This document shows, piece after piece, positions 1 to 8,196 of a DNA stretch of 44,975 nt. The notes under the pieces are model-generated. The model did not search any database, had not been told where the DNA came from, and worked only from the letters and a program-made list of their open reading frames with translations. Each line of letters starts with the position of its first letter. Position 1 is the stretch's first letter. Source of the stretch: a virus; the UHGV virus genome UHGV-0285350; one strand, 5' to 3'. The translations under genes were made by a program, and so were the position numbers.

Positions 1-374
1 ATATCACCACCATCTTCTGTACTTATGACGCCGACACCTTAAGCAAAGATCCGGCAGATGGTCGTAAAGTGAAAGGTGTTATCCACTGGGTGAGCGCGGC
101 ACATGCGCTGCCGGTTGAAATCCGCTTGTACGATCGTCTGTTCAGCGTGCCGAACCCAGGTGCTGCGGATGATTTCCTGTCGGTGATTAACCCGGAATCG
201 CTGGTGATCAAACAGGGCTTTGCTGAACCGTCTCTGAAAGACGCGGTAGCGGGTAAAGCATTCCAGTTTGAGCGTGAAGGTTATTTCTGCCTCGACAGCC
301 GCCATTCTACGGCGGAAAAACCGGTATTTAACCGCACCGTTGGGCTGCGTGATACCTGGGCGAAGTTAGGTTAA
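1..374 (+). CDS. glnS: glutaminyl-tRNA synthetase, C-terminal fragment (5' end outside window)
   Basis: Translation ...[100 protein letters not shown] matches the conserved enterobacterial GlnS C-terminus as I recall it; frame open to window start, stop TAA 372-374. Confidence 0.9.
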   Translation, partial: ITTIFCTYDADTLSKDPADGRKVKGVIHWVSAAHALPVEIRLYDRLFSVPNPGAADDFLSVINPESLVIKQGFAEPSLKDAVAGKAFQFEREGYFCLDSRHSTAEKPVFNRTVGLRDTWAKLG

Positions 375-400
375 TAGGTATTTCGCCACATAAAAAAGTA

Positions 401-426
401 AACGCCGCTACTGCGGCGTTTTTTAC
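401..426. terminator. rho-independent hairpin terminator, usable in both directions (glnS on +, Dam-type gene on -)
   Basis: aacgccgc-tact-gcggcgtt stem-loop followed by tttttt on + strand; on - strand the same hairpin is followed by ctttttt after a 3-nt gap; lies between two convergent stop codons (374 and 423). Confidence 0.6.
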
Positions 427-1328
427 TTCATTATTGCAATTATATCGTTAGCAACTACACGTGTTGACGCCTTGCAGGAAACCGACCGTCTGGCTGCCAT
501 ATGATGTACTTTAAACCCGTTTCCTTCATATAGTTCACGGATGTTTGGCGCACCACTATTTGTTATCACTACCTTAGCGCCGCGCTGGTGGGCTTCCACC
601 AATAGAGATACCAGCCGTTTCTGTTCGTCGAAACGGAAGCTATTTCCTGAATAACTGGTAAACCCTTCTGTATCCGGCAGCGGTTCATACGGCGGATCGC
701 AAAAAATCACATCGCCTTCACCAGCCGCCTCGATGACGCCAGCAAAGTCACCTGATACAAAGGACGTGTTTTTGAGTACGTCATCAGCCAAAAATGCCTC
801 CATCTCTGCATGTGGGAAGTAGGGCGCTTTGTATTTGCCATACCCCACGTTGAACTCGCCATTTTGGTTGTACCGCGTTACGCCATTAAAACAGTGCCGA
901 TTAAGGTACAAAAAGGCGGCAGCATGATGTAGCTGGTCATACTTTCCTCTGTTAAATGCCTCACGCACTTCGAGGTAAGCGTCAGCGTTGTTGTAATTTT
1001 TGAAAAAACTATATGACAGCGTGACGAGCGAATGTCCTTCTCGCTGCAATGTCTGATAGAAGTTAATCAGGTCACCGTTAATATCATTAAGCAGGTTGTG
1101 GCGAAATCCTGCATTCGTAAATACGGAACCGCCACCAACGAATGGTTCTATTAACCGCTTACCGTGTGGTAGATGCTCAAGCACTGTAGGCAATTCTGAG
1201 AATTTACCACCTACCCATTTGAATATCGGACGCTCATATTCATCCGGAGTCCGAATGGTGCGCATATAGCTAATTTCAGCCATCGTATCCTGTTTTTTTA
1301 TGGCTATGCTTGCTATAGATTTACTCAT
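423..1328 (-). CDS. DNA adenine (N6) methyltransferase, Dam / D12 class
   Basis: Translation has FKWVGGK (Dam KWAGGK-type SAM motif) near N-terminus and DPPY catalytic motif; start placed at internal ATG (MSKSIAS...) preceded by AGGGGGTG SD; track ORF extends to 1424 but overlaps the upstream gene. Confidence 0.85.
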   Translation of the reverse strand: MSKSIASIAIKKQDTMAEISYMRTIRTPDEYERPIFKWVGGKFSELPTVLEHLPHGKRLIEPFVGGGSVFTNAGFRHNLLNDINGDLINFYQTLQREGHSLVTLSYSFFKNYNNADAYLEVREAFNRGKYDQLHHAAAFLYLNRHCFNGVTRYNQNGEFNVGYGKYKAPYFPHAEMEAFLADDVLKNTSFVSGDFAGVIEAAGEGDVIFCDPPYEPLPDTEGFTSYSGNSFRFDEQKRLVSLLVEAHQRGAKVVITNSGAPNIRELYEGNGFKVHHMAARRSVSCKASTRVVANDIIAIMK

Positions 1329-2001
1329 AGAGCACCCCCTTATTCGCTTCGAAAACTGCCTTTGCGAATCCATGTGGAGTAGCACTTCGAAAATTAGCCC
1401 TGTCAGGCCCTGGTGGCGCGGCATGGATTCTGTTATCTGGCTTGCCTAATGATTCGTCCATTAGGGCATCAGGCATGACAAAGCCCTGGCCGCTCCAGAG
1501 GCATGTTTTTTTGGTGTAGTTATCTTCCTGACAATATGCAGTGAAGAAGTAAGGGTGAAAGATGTGATCTGGCTTACGCCAGAATGTCGATATTTTGCTG
1601 ACCGGATTTTCAATCATGTACGGACAACCGATCATCTTTGCAATGTCATAACACTGCCAGACAACCTGCATTGCTTTGAACTGGAAAACCGGATCTTTAT
1701 TAGCCTTGTCCGAAAACCAGCGCGCGCCGGAAACAGCCAGGTCAGTACACGGTGGGAACCCGGCCAGAAACACGATGCGCTGCAAATTCTTACGGAGAAA
1801 AGCGTATACTTCATCGCTATCGATGATCGCACTAATACGCGTCAGAACGGCACCTGATTGCATCAGCTCGTCACTGGTCGATAAGTGCTGTGGATCGACG
1901 ATAGCGGCATCGACACCGTATTCCAGCCAGGGGGCAACCATTGCCCCCGTAAAATCACAAAGACTCACAACAAGCGGTCGGTTATTATCGTTCTGCTTCA
2001 C
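1321..2001 (-). CDS. short C5-cytosine-methyltransferase-like protein (motif IV PC and motif VI ENx present; no target-recognition domain; motif I degenerate)
   Basis: [15 protein letters not shown] resembles C5-MTase motif IV (GFPCQxFSxxG) with catalytic Pro-Cys; YMIENPVS resembles motif VI (ENV) about 40 aa later; only about 226 aa. Start uncertain (GTG near 2001 after GGAGG, or ATG near 1941); overlaps rdgC 3' end. Confidence 0.45.
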   Translation of the reverse strand: MKQNDNNRPLVVSLCDFTGAMVAPWLEYGVDAAIVDPQHLSTSDELMQSGAVLTRISAIIDSDEVYAFLRKNLQRIVFLAGFPPCTDLAVSGARWFSDKANKDPVFQFKAMQVVWQCYDIAKMIGCPYMIENPVSKISTFWRKPDHIFHPYFFTAYCQEDNYTKKTCLWSGQGFVMPDALMDESLGKPDNRIHAAPPGPDRANFRSATPHGFAKAVFEANKGVLYE

Positions 2002-2890
2002 CGCCAATGGCCTCCACCAGCGCGTTAAACAGTGCAGATAATTCGCCCGTAAAGAGCACGAAATCAGCATCAAATCGTTGTGCTACATCCTCCCGGTCGA
2101 TATCGTCGTTCTGGTCATAGAGATCATCACAGAATGTCAGGGCTTTGATACTCATATCATCGTTGACTCTGAACGACGCGCGGTCCATCCAGTTAATTGC
2201 AACGGTCGTAGCTACTTTCCCCGCCTCAATGTGAGACATAATCTCGTCGGACTGTAGATCAACTTTGTTGCAGCGAACGGCACCACCATTATCGAGCAGA
2301 CCCTTTAATGTGGCGTCTTCACCTGCTGTAAATCCGGCAGGGAAGCCGTTTTTAAACCACTCGGTCATTGTAATTTCCAGCGGTTCGCGTGGTGTGAATG
2401 GAATGACAGGCAGGCTGCCGAGCGATTTTCGCAATAAAGCCAGCTGGTCCTCTGCCTTTTTGGCGCTGCTTGCCTCAACGAATACCAGATGGTTGCTGCG
2501 GTCGATCAGGATTTTGGCGAGTGATTTTCTCGTGAAAGCACGAGGAAGAAGAGAGTGAAGCACTTCATCCTTCAGCGAATCTTTTTCGGTCTTCTTCAGC
2601 TTTCTGTCTTGCTCTTCTTCAAGTGTCAGGATTTTTTTCTGTAACTCTTCTTTGAGCACTTGAGAAGGTAGGATTTTTTCCTCTCGTTTATGCTGTATCA
2701 GAAGAAAACCCTGGTATTCATGGGTGAGGTTGTCACCAAGAACGGAGGTCCAACCAGCTTTAGCCATATCCTGAGAACCGCATGGGGTAAACACAAACTT
2801 GCTAAGGGCTGCATTTACTTCTGCAGTATCCCAGCTAACTTCGCGTGAAAGACGATAGATGAAGATATTTTTGAAAGCGACTGATCTCAT
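1985..2890 (-). CDS. rdgC: recombination-associated protein RdgC homologue
   Basis: Full-length similarity to my recollection of enterobacterial RdgC ([14 protein letters not shown]..., [15 protein letters not shown]..., [58 protein letters not shown]); ATG preceded by GGTGAG SD. Confidence 0.85.
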   Translation of the reverse strand: MRSVAFKNIFIYRLSREVSWDTAEVNAALSKFVFTPCGSQDMAKAGWTSVLGDNLTHEYQGFLLIQHKREEKILPSQVLKEELQKKILTLEEEQDRKLKKTEKDSLKDEVLHSLLPRAFTRKSLAKILIDRSNHLVFVEASSAKKAEDQLALLRKSLGSLPVIPFTPREPLEITMTEWFKNGFPAGFTAGEDATLKGLLDNGGAVRCNKVDLQSDEIMSHIEAGKVATTVAINWMDRASFRVNDDMSIKALTFCDDLYDQNDDIDREDVAQRFDADFVLFTGELSALFNALVEAIGGEAER

Positions 2891-2896
2891 GTCTCA

Positions 2897-2940
2897 CCAT
2901 TTGTGTTAGAAAATACATATTAATTATCTAACACAAATGG
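2897..2940. promoter_or_regulatory. perfect 14-bp inverted repeat (ccatttgtgttaga N16 tctaacacaaatgg) directly upstream of rdgC start; candidate operator
   Basis: Read directly from sequence; halves are exact reverse complements; contains the recurring TGTTAGAA/TTCTAACA motif; AT-rich stem so unlikely to be an intrinsic terminator. Confidence 0.4.
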
Positions 2941-2949
2941 GTGCATTTT

Positions 2950-3603
2950 CTATCCTTTCTTGAAATCGAAGTTGCCAGCAGTGGCCTGAAAGGTTCCTCC
3001 TGCCTTGAAAGCTATGTCTCCGTTAGCGGTGACAGCAATATTTTCCCCTTTAACATTGATGTTGTTGGTTGATTTGACGTTAACACTCCCTCCTGCATTC
3101 ACGATTACATCAGCCGGACCAATGATATATATCTGCCCGGACTCATTCATGCCAATCCTTGAGCCTGCTGCCGTATTGGCAATTTCATAGCCGCCACCAG
3201 CAGTTCGTACTTCAAGAATATTGTTGCGGTGAATAACGAAGTCTTTCGTTGCTGAGATTTGGGGGCGGGGAGGTGCTCCATCTACTTCCGGCGGCGTCCA
3301 GCCGTTGCCTTTGCCAGATGCTTCTGGTGCAACGTTTGGAATTCCTCCCGGTGCATCCTGAGCGGCACCAACTATCATTGGGCGTCTGGTGTCTATTCGA
3401 CCGTTAACATCTAAATAAGGAAACTCTACCCAGACCAGGTCACCTTTGACTGTGGGTACAAAAGCGTTTCCGATGGGTAACAGGTATTCCGCCCAGGGTA
3501 GATCGTCATCAGGAACGCCATTCCAGTCAGGTAAAACACGGACTTGAGCACGCATAAGCCCTGCCGGGTGCACAGTTCCAACAATTTGCGCTCTACGCTT
3601 CAT
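2950..3603 (-). CDS. gpV / gp5-type baseplate spike protein (OB-fold N-domain plus Gly/Asn-rich beta-helix-like C-region)
   Basis: N-terminus IVGTVHPAGLMRAQVRVLPDWNGVPDDDLPWAEYLLPIGNAFVPTVKGDLVWVEF fits the phage baseplate-assembly-V OB-fold pattern; C-terminal repeats (IVNAGGSVNVKSTNNINVKGENIAVTANGDIAFKAGG). Confidence 0.6.
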   Translation of the reverse strand: MKRRAQIVGTVHPAGLMRAQVRVLPDWNGVPDDDLPWAEYLLPIGNAFVPTVKGDLVWVEFPYLDVNGRIDTRRPMIVGAAQDAPGGIPNVAPEASGKGNGWTPPEVDGAPPRPQISATKDFVIHRNNILEVRTAGGGYEIANTAAGSRIGMNESGQIYIIGPADVIVNAGGSVNVKSTNNINVKGENIAVTANGDIAFKAGGTFQATAGNFDFKKG

Positions 3604-4580
3604 TTGTTCGGCACTCCCAATATCATTCGTGTTGTGTAGCCTACGCGGTCTTCAAAGTGCGCAACATTTTTTACTATCAGCTTACGGGGCATTGATTCAT
3701 CAATGCGGTTTTCCTGGTCATAGCGGTATACGATAATCTCTATCACCATCCCCGGTTTTATATCAGGATTGCCTGCGACTTCTATATCCATTTTGGGGAC
3801 GAGAGACAGCTGCATATTGCGAAGAGTTTCCATATCAGAGTCGGATATATAACGCACTGGGAGTGAGCTATCGCCATATTCGACGTAGCCATCGGTCATG
3901 GAATACCCAACAAAACGATATTGATTCTTTGCTGTTGTCGCATGTTCCTGTTGGAGTAGGCGCATTTTGGACAAAGTGTATTCTGCTTTAGGGTTATTCC
4001 CCTCGTAGGTAAATGATGGCGTTTGCTTCATCAGATCAGCCAGGGTGTAAAAGTTAAATTCCCCCCGGCATACCCAACATAATGCACCTTTGTCTCGCGC
4101 TATCTCCGAAAGCATTTTTGACGGTTTGTCACCGGCATTCAGATGATATGTAACTGCGCGTTTTAGCACGCTGCTGGTAATTTTAAGCTTGCCGGAATAT
4201 GCCTTGAATATAGCGTCTGGTGTTTTGTTGGTATGTAAATTTGTGCGCGGGGAGGGGATCTTAAACCTGCGCACGTCTTCACTGACAGCAATAACGGTAA
4301 CAACATCACCAGCCAGCATTGCAGACGTAACAAAGAAATCTGTTTTAAAAGTGCCTGCATTACCGTTTGGATCGCCCATTTCAGCCACCAGCGATGCACC
4401 GTATTTGGCTTTCCAGTCATCAATTACGGTGCCGGTAGCGTCATGAATTTCCAGTTTTAGCAAAGGGGCTTTGAGGCTGGTTTTTTCTACATATACTGCG
4501 GTAAAAATCCAGTCTCGTGGCACTTTGTTATCGTTAATGAGCACTGACTGTAGAAAATATTGTTGTAACTCCTGGGCCAC
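3600..4580 (-). CDS. hypothetical protein, possibly baseplate hub (gpD/gp27-like) partner of the adjacent spike
   Basis: 326-aa ORF translationally coupled (overlapping stop/start) to the spike gene; hub assignment is positional inference only. Confidence 0.3.
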   Translation of the reverse strand: MAQELQQYFLQSVLINDNKVPRDWIFTAVYVEKTSLKAPLLKLEIHDATGTVIDDWKAKYGASLVAEMGDPNGNAGTFKTDFFVTSAMLAGDVVTVIAVSEDVRRFKIPSPRTNLHTNKTPDAIFKAYSGKLKITSSVLKRAVTYHLNAGDKPSKMLSEIARDKGALCWVCRGEFNFYTLADLMKQTPSFTYEGNNPKAEYTLSKMRLLQQEHATTAKNQYRFVGYSMTDGYVEYGDSSLPVRYISDSDMETLRNMQLSLVPKMDIEVAGNPDIKPGMVIEIIVYRYDQENRIDESMPRKLIVKNVAHFEDRVGYTTRMILGVPNK

Positions 4581-4583
4581 TTA

Positions 4584-5351
4584 TCACCCCATAGATATCG
4601 AGGTTTCGGTAATAATACGTTTTGCGTCCAACTCCCATGCTGTGATCACGTCTGCAATCACACTTATCGGCGCTTGTGTGGCATAAATACGCTCTTCTCC
4701 AATTGGTGCTGAAACATCCGTAAAGCCGACTTCTTTGGCATCCTGTATCGAGCAAATCAGCGGGACCGGGACACGAACAAGGTGAGTGGTTGCTTCAAAT
4801 TGTGTACCTGTCATCAGGCGAAGCCGTGCGCCCAGCGAATTACACATCAGACTCATGGTCGCTTTATCAGTTGCCATTAACGTGACGTCATACGTCAGAA
4901 TGGCCTGGGTGTATTCCAGTTCTGCTAAAGGCATTCCGGTATCCGGTTCGCAAAAACTGGCTACTTTTTTGCGGTCAATCTGCTGATCATCGTTGATATA
5001 ATTGATATCCATATTGCGTGAGATATTGACCAGGGGGAGAGCATCCCGGTTAATGTTCTGGTTTTCAGGTTTTCTCCCTTGCCCGGCATTTGCGCGACGA
5101 ACTGCTTTAAGAAACTCGATCGCATTGTCGAAACGGGCCACATAGACACGCTCTGCTGGTGGACGATTCAGGAATGACGCAAAGCGTTTTTCTTCCGGCG
5201 CGGGGGCCACCAGTAAGATATCAGAAAAAATGTTGCTGATTAGCGTCGCAAACGCGTTATCCACGTTTTCAAAGCCCGTGGTCTGGAATTTTCCTGTGCG
5301 TGAGGTTTGCCATTCACCTGTTCGCGCCAGGAGGGTTTTATTTGAAGTCAT
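4584..5351 (-). CDS. hypothetical protein (member of leftward 4-gene module)
   Basis: 255-aa ORF, 3-nt gap to downstream gene and overlapping upstream gene; no motif recognised. Confidence 0.5.
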   Translation of the reverse strand: MTSNKTLLARTGEWQTSRTGKFQTTGFENVDNAFATLISNIFSDILLVAPAPEEKRFASFLNRPPAERVYVARFDNAIEFLKAVRRANAGQGRKPENQNINRDALPLVNISRNMDINYINDDQQIDRKKVASFCEPDTGMPLAELEYTQAILTYDVTLMATDKATMSLMCNSLGARLRLMTGTQFEATTHLVRVPVPLICSIQDAKEVGFTDVSAPIGEERIYATQAPISVIADVITAWELDAKRIITETSISMG

Positions 5352-6139
5352 TCGATCACTCCGTTTTGAGTCGTATCAAAATTCCTGGCAGGTATGCAGT
5401 AGTAAAGCGAACCAACATGCTGTGTGCCGTAGCTAAAAATACGGTGCACGTACCACCAGCGGCGCGCTACGCCGTTTACCATCTCTTCATTCCATTCAAG
5501 AATTGAGCCGACGGGGACGTTATTTGCTGCAATACGCAGAATCAGAACATCATCGGTTAAGCCATCCTGCTCACCGTCTGCGTCAATCGCATGGAAAGAG
5601 TCACGCCCGTCAGGGTTATCCAGCACATAAACGATTTCAGGTTCCTGGTAAGTCAGTTCGCGTTGGTTGTTATCCAGTTCGGTGAATGACTCTTCTCCTG
5701 TTTCGTCGCTGACTACCCCATATGTGCCAACATCTGGTCGATATAAGAGAGCCTGAAACGCGTCTGGGCTGGATTCAATAATCAGCATCCAGTCTGCGCG
5801 GATTTGGTCGTTAAAGGCTTTATGCCCGTTATAGCGTGCTTTTAACTGTGGAGTCGGTTCTCTGCCAGCCAGGGAAGATGGAAGTATGGCTATATCTGAT
5901 TCGCCAGCATCCGGAGTAAGGCCACCGTTGCTATCAGCAAAATTATCATGGCTATCAGCTTTGGCGGCGGGTTGCTCTTCCAGAATGCTGAATGAATCCG
6001 AACCGGTATTGCCATGTTCCGGCGCGCCTCCTGCATTCGCTTCAATCGGCGCTGGCGTTTCTCTCTGCGTGCTGTCATGTTCTGACTCCTTACTTGCCAG
6101 GTTTGCATCGTCAGCAAACCATTCGTCAAAACGGCCCAT
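5348..6139 (-). CDS. hypothetical protein with acidic, low-complexity N-terminal half
   Basis: First gene of the leftward module; start placed at ATG (MGRFDEW...) 6 nt after AGGA; track ORF begins at TTG 6151. Confidence 0.5.
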   Translation of the reverse strand: MGRFDEWFADDANLASKESEHDSTQRETPAPIEANAGGAPEHGNTGSDSFSILEEQPAAKADSHDNFADSNGGLTPDAGESDIAILPSSLAGREPTPQLKARYNGHKAFNDQIRADWMLIIESSPDAFQALLYRPDVGTYGVVSDETGEESFTELDNNQRELTYQEPEIVYVLDNPDGRDSFHAIDADGEQDGLTDDVLILRIAANNVPVGSILEWNEEMVNGVARRWWYVHRIFSYGTQHVGSLYYCIPARNFDTTQNGVIE

Positions 6140-6233
6140 AAGCATCCTCAAAGGTCGATCTGTCAGGTATCGAAAGGAAGATTTTCTGGAGATTGTGATT
6201 TTGGATGAAGGAGGGGGAATTCATAAAATGCAC

Positions 6234-6262
6234 TTGCGCACAGTGCAGCGGTGCGCTATAGT
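6234..6262 (+). promoter_or_regulatory. candidate sigma70 promoter for higBA (-35 TTGCGC, 17-bp spacer, -10 TATAGT) overlapped by inverted repeat GCGCAC-N9-GTGCGC
   Basis: Hexamers and spacing read from sequence; palindrome overlapping the spacer is the usual arrangement for antitoxin autorepression. Confidence 0.4.
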
Positions 6263-6301
6263 TATGGCATTCGGTAATCATCACGGAGGATCAAATGACT
6301 A

Positions 6302-6604
6302 ATGACCAAAAAAATTAACATAAAGGATTTCAGGGATGCGTGGCTTGATGATTTTTTTGAATTTTCAACACCACATAGAAAGATACCTCCTGATATTCAT
6401 ATGACATTGTCACGGAAGTTGGACATTATCAATGCCGCAACTACCTGTAAGGATTTAAGATCACCACCAGGTAATCGGTATGAGGAACTGTCAGGGAAGC
6501 TAAATGGCTATTCATCAGTAAGGGTGAATAAGCAATATAGGTTAATTTTTAAGTGGGTTAACGGAAAGGCCGAGGACTTGTATCTCGACCCTCACAAATA
6601 CTAA
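6302..6604 (+). CDS. higB: type II toxin HigB (RelE/ParE superfamily)
   Basis: C-terminal LSGKLNGYSSVRVNKQYRLIFKWVNGKAEDLYLDPHKY aligns with HigB LKGDREGYWSITVRANWRITFQFINGDAYILNYEDYH; toxin-first order with HTH antitoxin directly downstream. Confidence 0.8.
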   Translation: MTKKINIKDFRDAWLDDFFEFSTPHRKIPPDIHMTLSRKLDIINAATTCKDLRSPPGNRYEELSGKLNGYSSVRVNKQYRLIFKWVNGKAEDLYLDPHKY

Positions 6605-6674
6605 AACAGATACCCGGTTACGGACCGGGTTCTGACCAGAGTCCACTTAATACGCACGCTAGTAAGGGCAAAAA

Positions 6675-7013
6675 ATGAAACAGGCAACCAGAAAACCGAC
6701 GACCGTAGGTGATATCCTGCTGTACGAATACCTGGAGCCGTTAGAGCTGAAGATCAACGAGTTGGCAGAAATACTTCATGTTCATCGTAACACCGTAAGT
6801 GCTCTTGTTAATAATAATCGTAAGCTAACGATGGATATGGCATATCGCCTGGCAAAAGCATTCGATACTTCTGTAGATTTTTGGATTAATCTTCAGACCG
6901 CAGTAGACCTGTGGGAAGTCGAAAATGATATGCGCGTTCAGGAAGAGTTAAGTCGTATCAATACTGCTGAAAAATTTATTTCTCAGCGGAACCTGAATAA
7001 AAAAGCAGCCTGA
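6675..7013 (+). CDS. higA: antitoxin HigA (XRE-family HTH, VapI type)
   Basis: N-terminal HTH LAEILHVHRNTVSALVNNNRKLTMDMAYRLAKAFDTSVDFWINLQ typical of HigA/VapI antidote proteins; immediately downstream of higB. Confidence 0.8.
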   Translation: MKQATRKPTTVGDILLYEYLEPLELKINELAEILHVHRNTVSALVNNNRKLTMDMAYRLAKAFDTSVDFWINLQTAVDLWEVENDMRVQEELSRINTAEKFISQRNLNKKAA

Positions 7014-7069
7014 TATAGTAAAACACATACAAAAAGCCCACTTAGCAAGTGGGCTTTCCTTTGTAATTA

Positions 7070-7372
7070 ATGAACATTAAACCTATCCGTACAGAACAAG
7101 ATTATGAGGCCGCACTGCGTGCGGTCGAACCGATGTTCGATAACGAGGAGTACGAGAAAAAACATTACCCAATTGAGCCACCATCACCTATTGAGGCCAT
7201 TAAATTCCGTATGGAACAGCAAGGGCTGACCGTGAAGGATCTGGAACCGGCGATTGGTAAGTCAAATCGTGTTTACGAAGTGCTAAATGGGACACGAAAT
7301 TTGACGTTACCTATGATTCGCCGTTTACATTCCCAGTTTGGCATTCCTCTTGAAAGCTTGGTTGGTATTTGA
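7070..7372 (+). CDS. second HTH (XRE-type, C-terminal HTH) antitoxin-like regulator
   Basis: C-terminal LTVKDLEPAIGKSNRVYEVLNGTRNLTLPMIRRLHSQFGIPLESL resembles HigA-family antitoxins with C-terminal HTH; no cognate toxin directly upstream. Confidence 0.6.
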   Translation: MNIKPIRTEQDYEAALRAVEPMFDNEEYEKKHYPIEPPSPIEAIKFRMEQQGLTVKDLEPAIGKSNRVYEVLNGTRNLTLPMIRRLHSQFGIPLESLVGI

Positions 7373-7434
7373 GTTTGGCGGTCTGGATGACCGCTATTTT
7401 CATAAAATAGATATTAGAAATCACGGTAGTTTAT

Positions 7435-8163
7435 ATGAATACAGATTCATCAACAGAAAAATTGACTGAAAATGATCTAATCAAAGTATCTTTTGGAGAT
7501 GCCATAAAAGACAAGCTTTTTAATAAAGTGTTTGCATATATATTCATTTCTTTTCTAATTATTAATTGGAAAGATATACTAATATTGATGAAGTCAAAGG
7601 ATGATATCCTATATACTTTATCTGTAACATTTGTTGGAGGTAAGATTCCTCTAGTTTATGAAGGCGTTTTGTCTCCTTGGTTTTATCATTTTTGCTTGCC
7701 ATTTATTTTTGGAATTATTGCATCAATTGCAGCTCCGATTGTCACTCTTTGCGTATCAAAGCTAACAAGTAAAATATATACAGAGATAAGGTATTTGGAT
7801 GCCGACATGGATCAAAATAAAAGAAAGGCGTTGCAAATAAAAGAGACTGAAATAATAAAAAGTATTAATGATACACAATTCAACAAAAGAATTATGGATG
7901 AAAATAAAAATGAACTTGAGAGATTGCTTAGGCAGCAAAAAGAGATTATGGCGGCAATAAAATTATTATATGATGATGTTGGAGTTATCATTGAGCTTTT
8001 TAAAAGTAGAGGGGTTGGTATTGACTCCCCAGAAAAGTTATATGATTTTGTAATGGCAATAAAGAAGACTTCGCTTTATAATGGTGATCATGATTTTAAT
8101 AAATTGGTTGCTGATATTTCAAATTTATTTGATAAAACGGAAATTGATTTTTCAAAAAGATGA
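7435..8163 (+). CDS. hypothetical membrane protein (2 predicted TM helices plus Lys/Glu-rich coiled-coil tail) in strongly AT-rich DNA
   Basis: Hydrophobic segments VFAYIFISFLIINW and FYHFCLPFIFGIIASIAAPIVTLCV; region about 7380-8200 is markedly AT-rich relative to flanks. Confidence 0.6.
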   Translation: MNTDSSTEKLTENDLIKVSFGDAIKDKLFNKVFAYIFISFLIINWKDILILMKSKDDILYTLSVTFVGGKIPLVYEGVLSPWFYHFCLPFIFGIIASIAAPIVTLCVSKLTSKIYTEIRYLDADMDQNKRKALQIKETEIIKSINDTQFNKRIMDENKNELERLLRQQKEIMAAIKLLYDDVGVIIELFKSRGVGIDSPEKLYDFVMAIKKTSLYNGDHDFNKLVADISNLFDKTEIDFSKR

Positions 8164-8196
8164 AAGCCTAGCCTAGGCAGCTAGGCTATGTGTGGT

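Noticed and set aside
1321-2001. Possibility that the Pro-Cys protein is a thymidylate synthase or dCMP hydroxymethylase
   Set aside because: Lacks the PCH...QFYV signature and the length/fold landmarks of ThyA; the motif spacing fits C5-methyltransferase motifs IV and VI better.
1555-2041. Plus-strand ORFs 1555..1857 and 1676..2041
   Set aside because: Lie antisense within the methyltransferase-like and rdgC genes; low-complexity translations.
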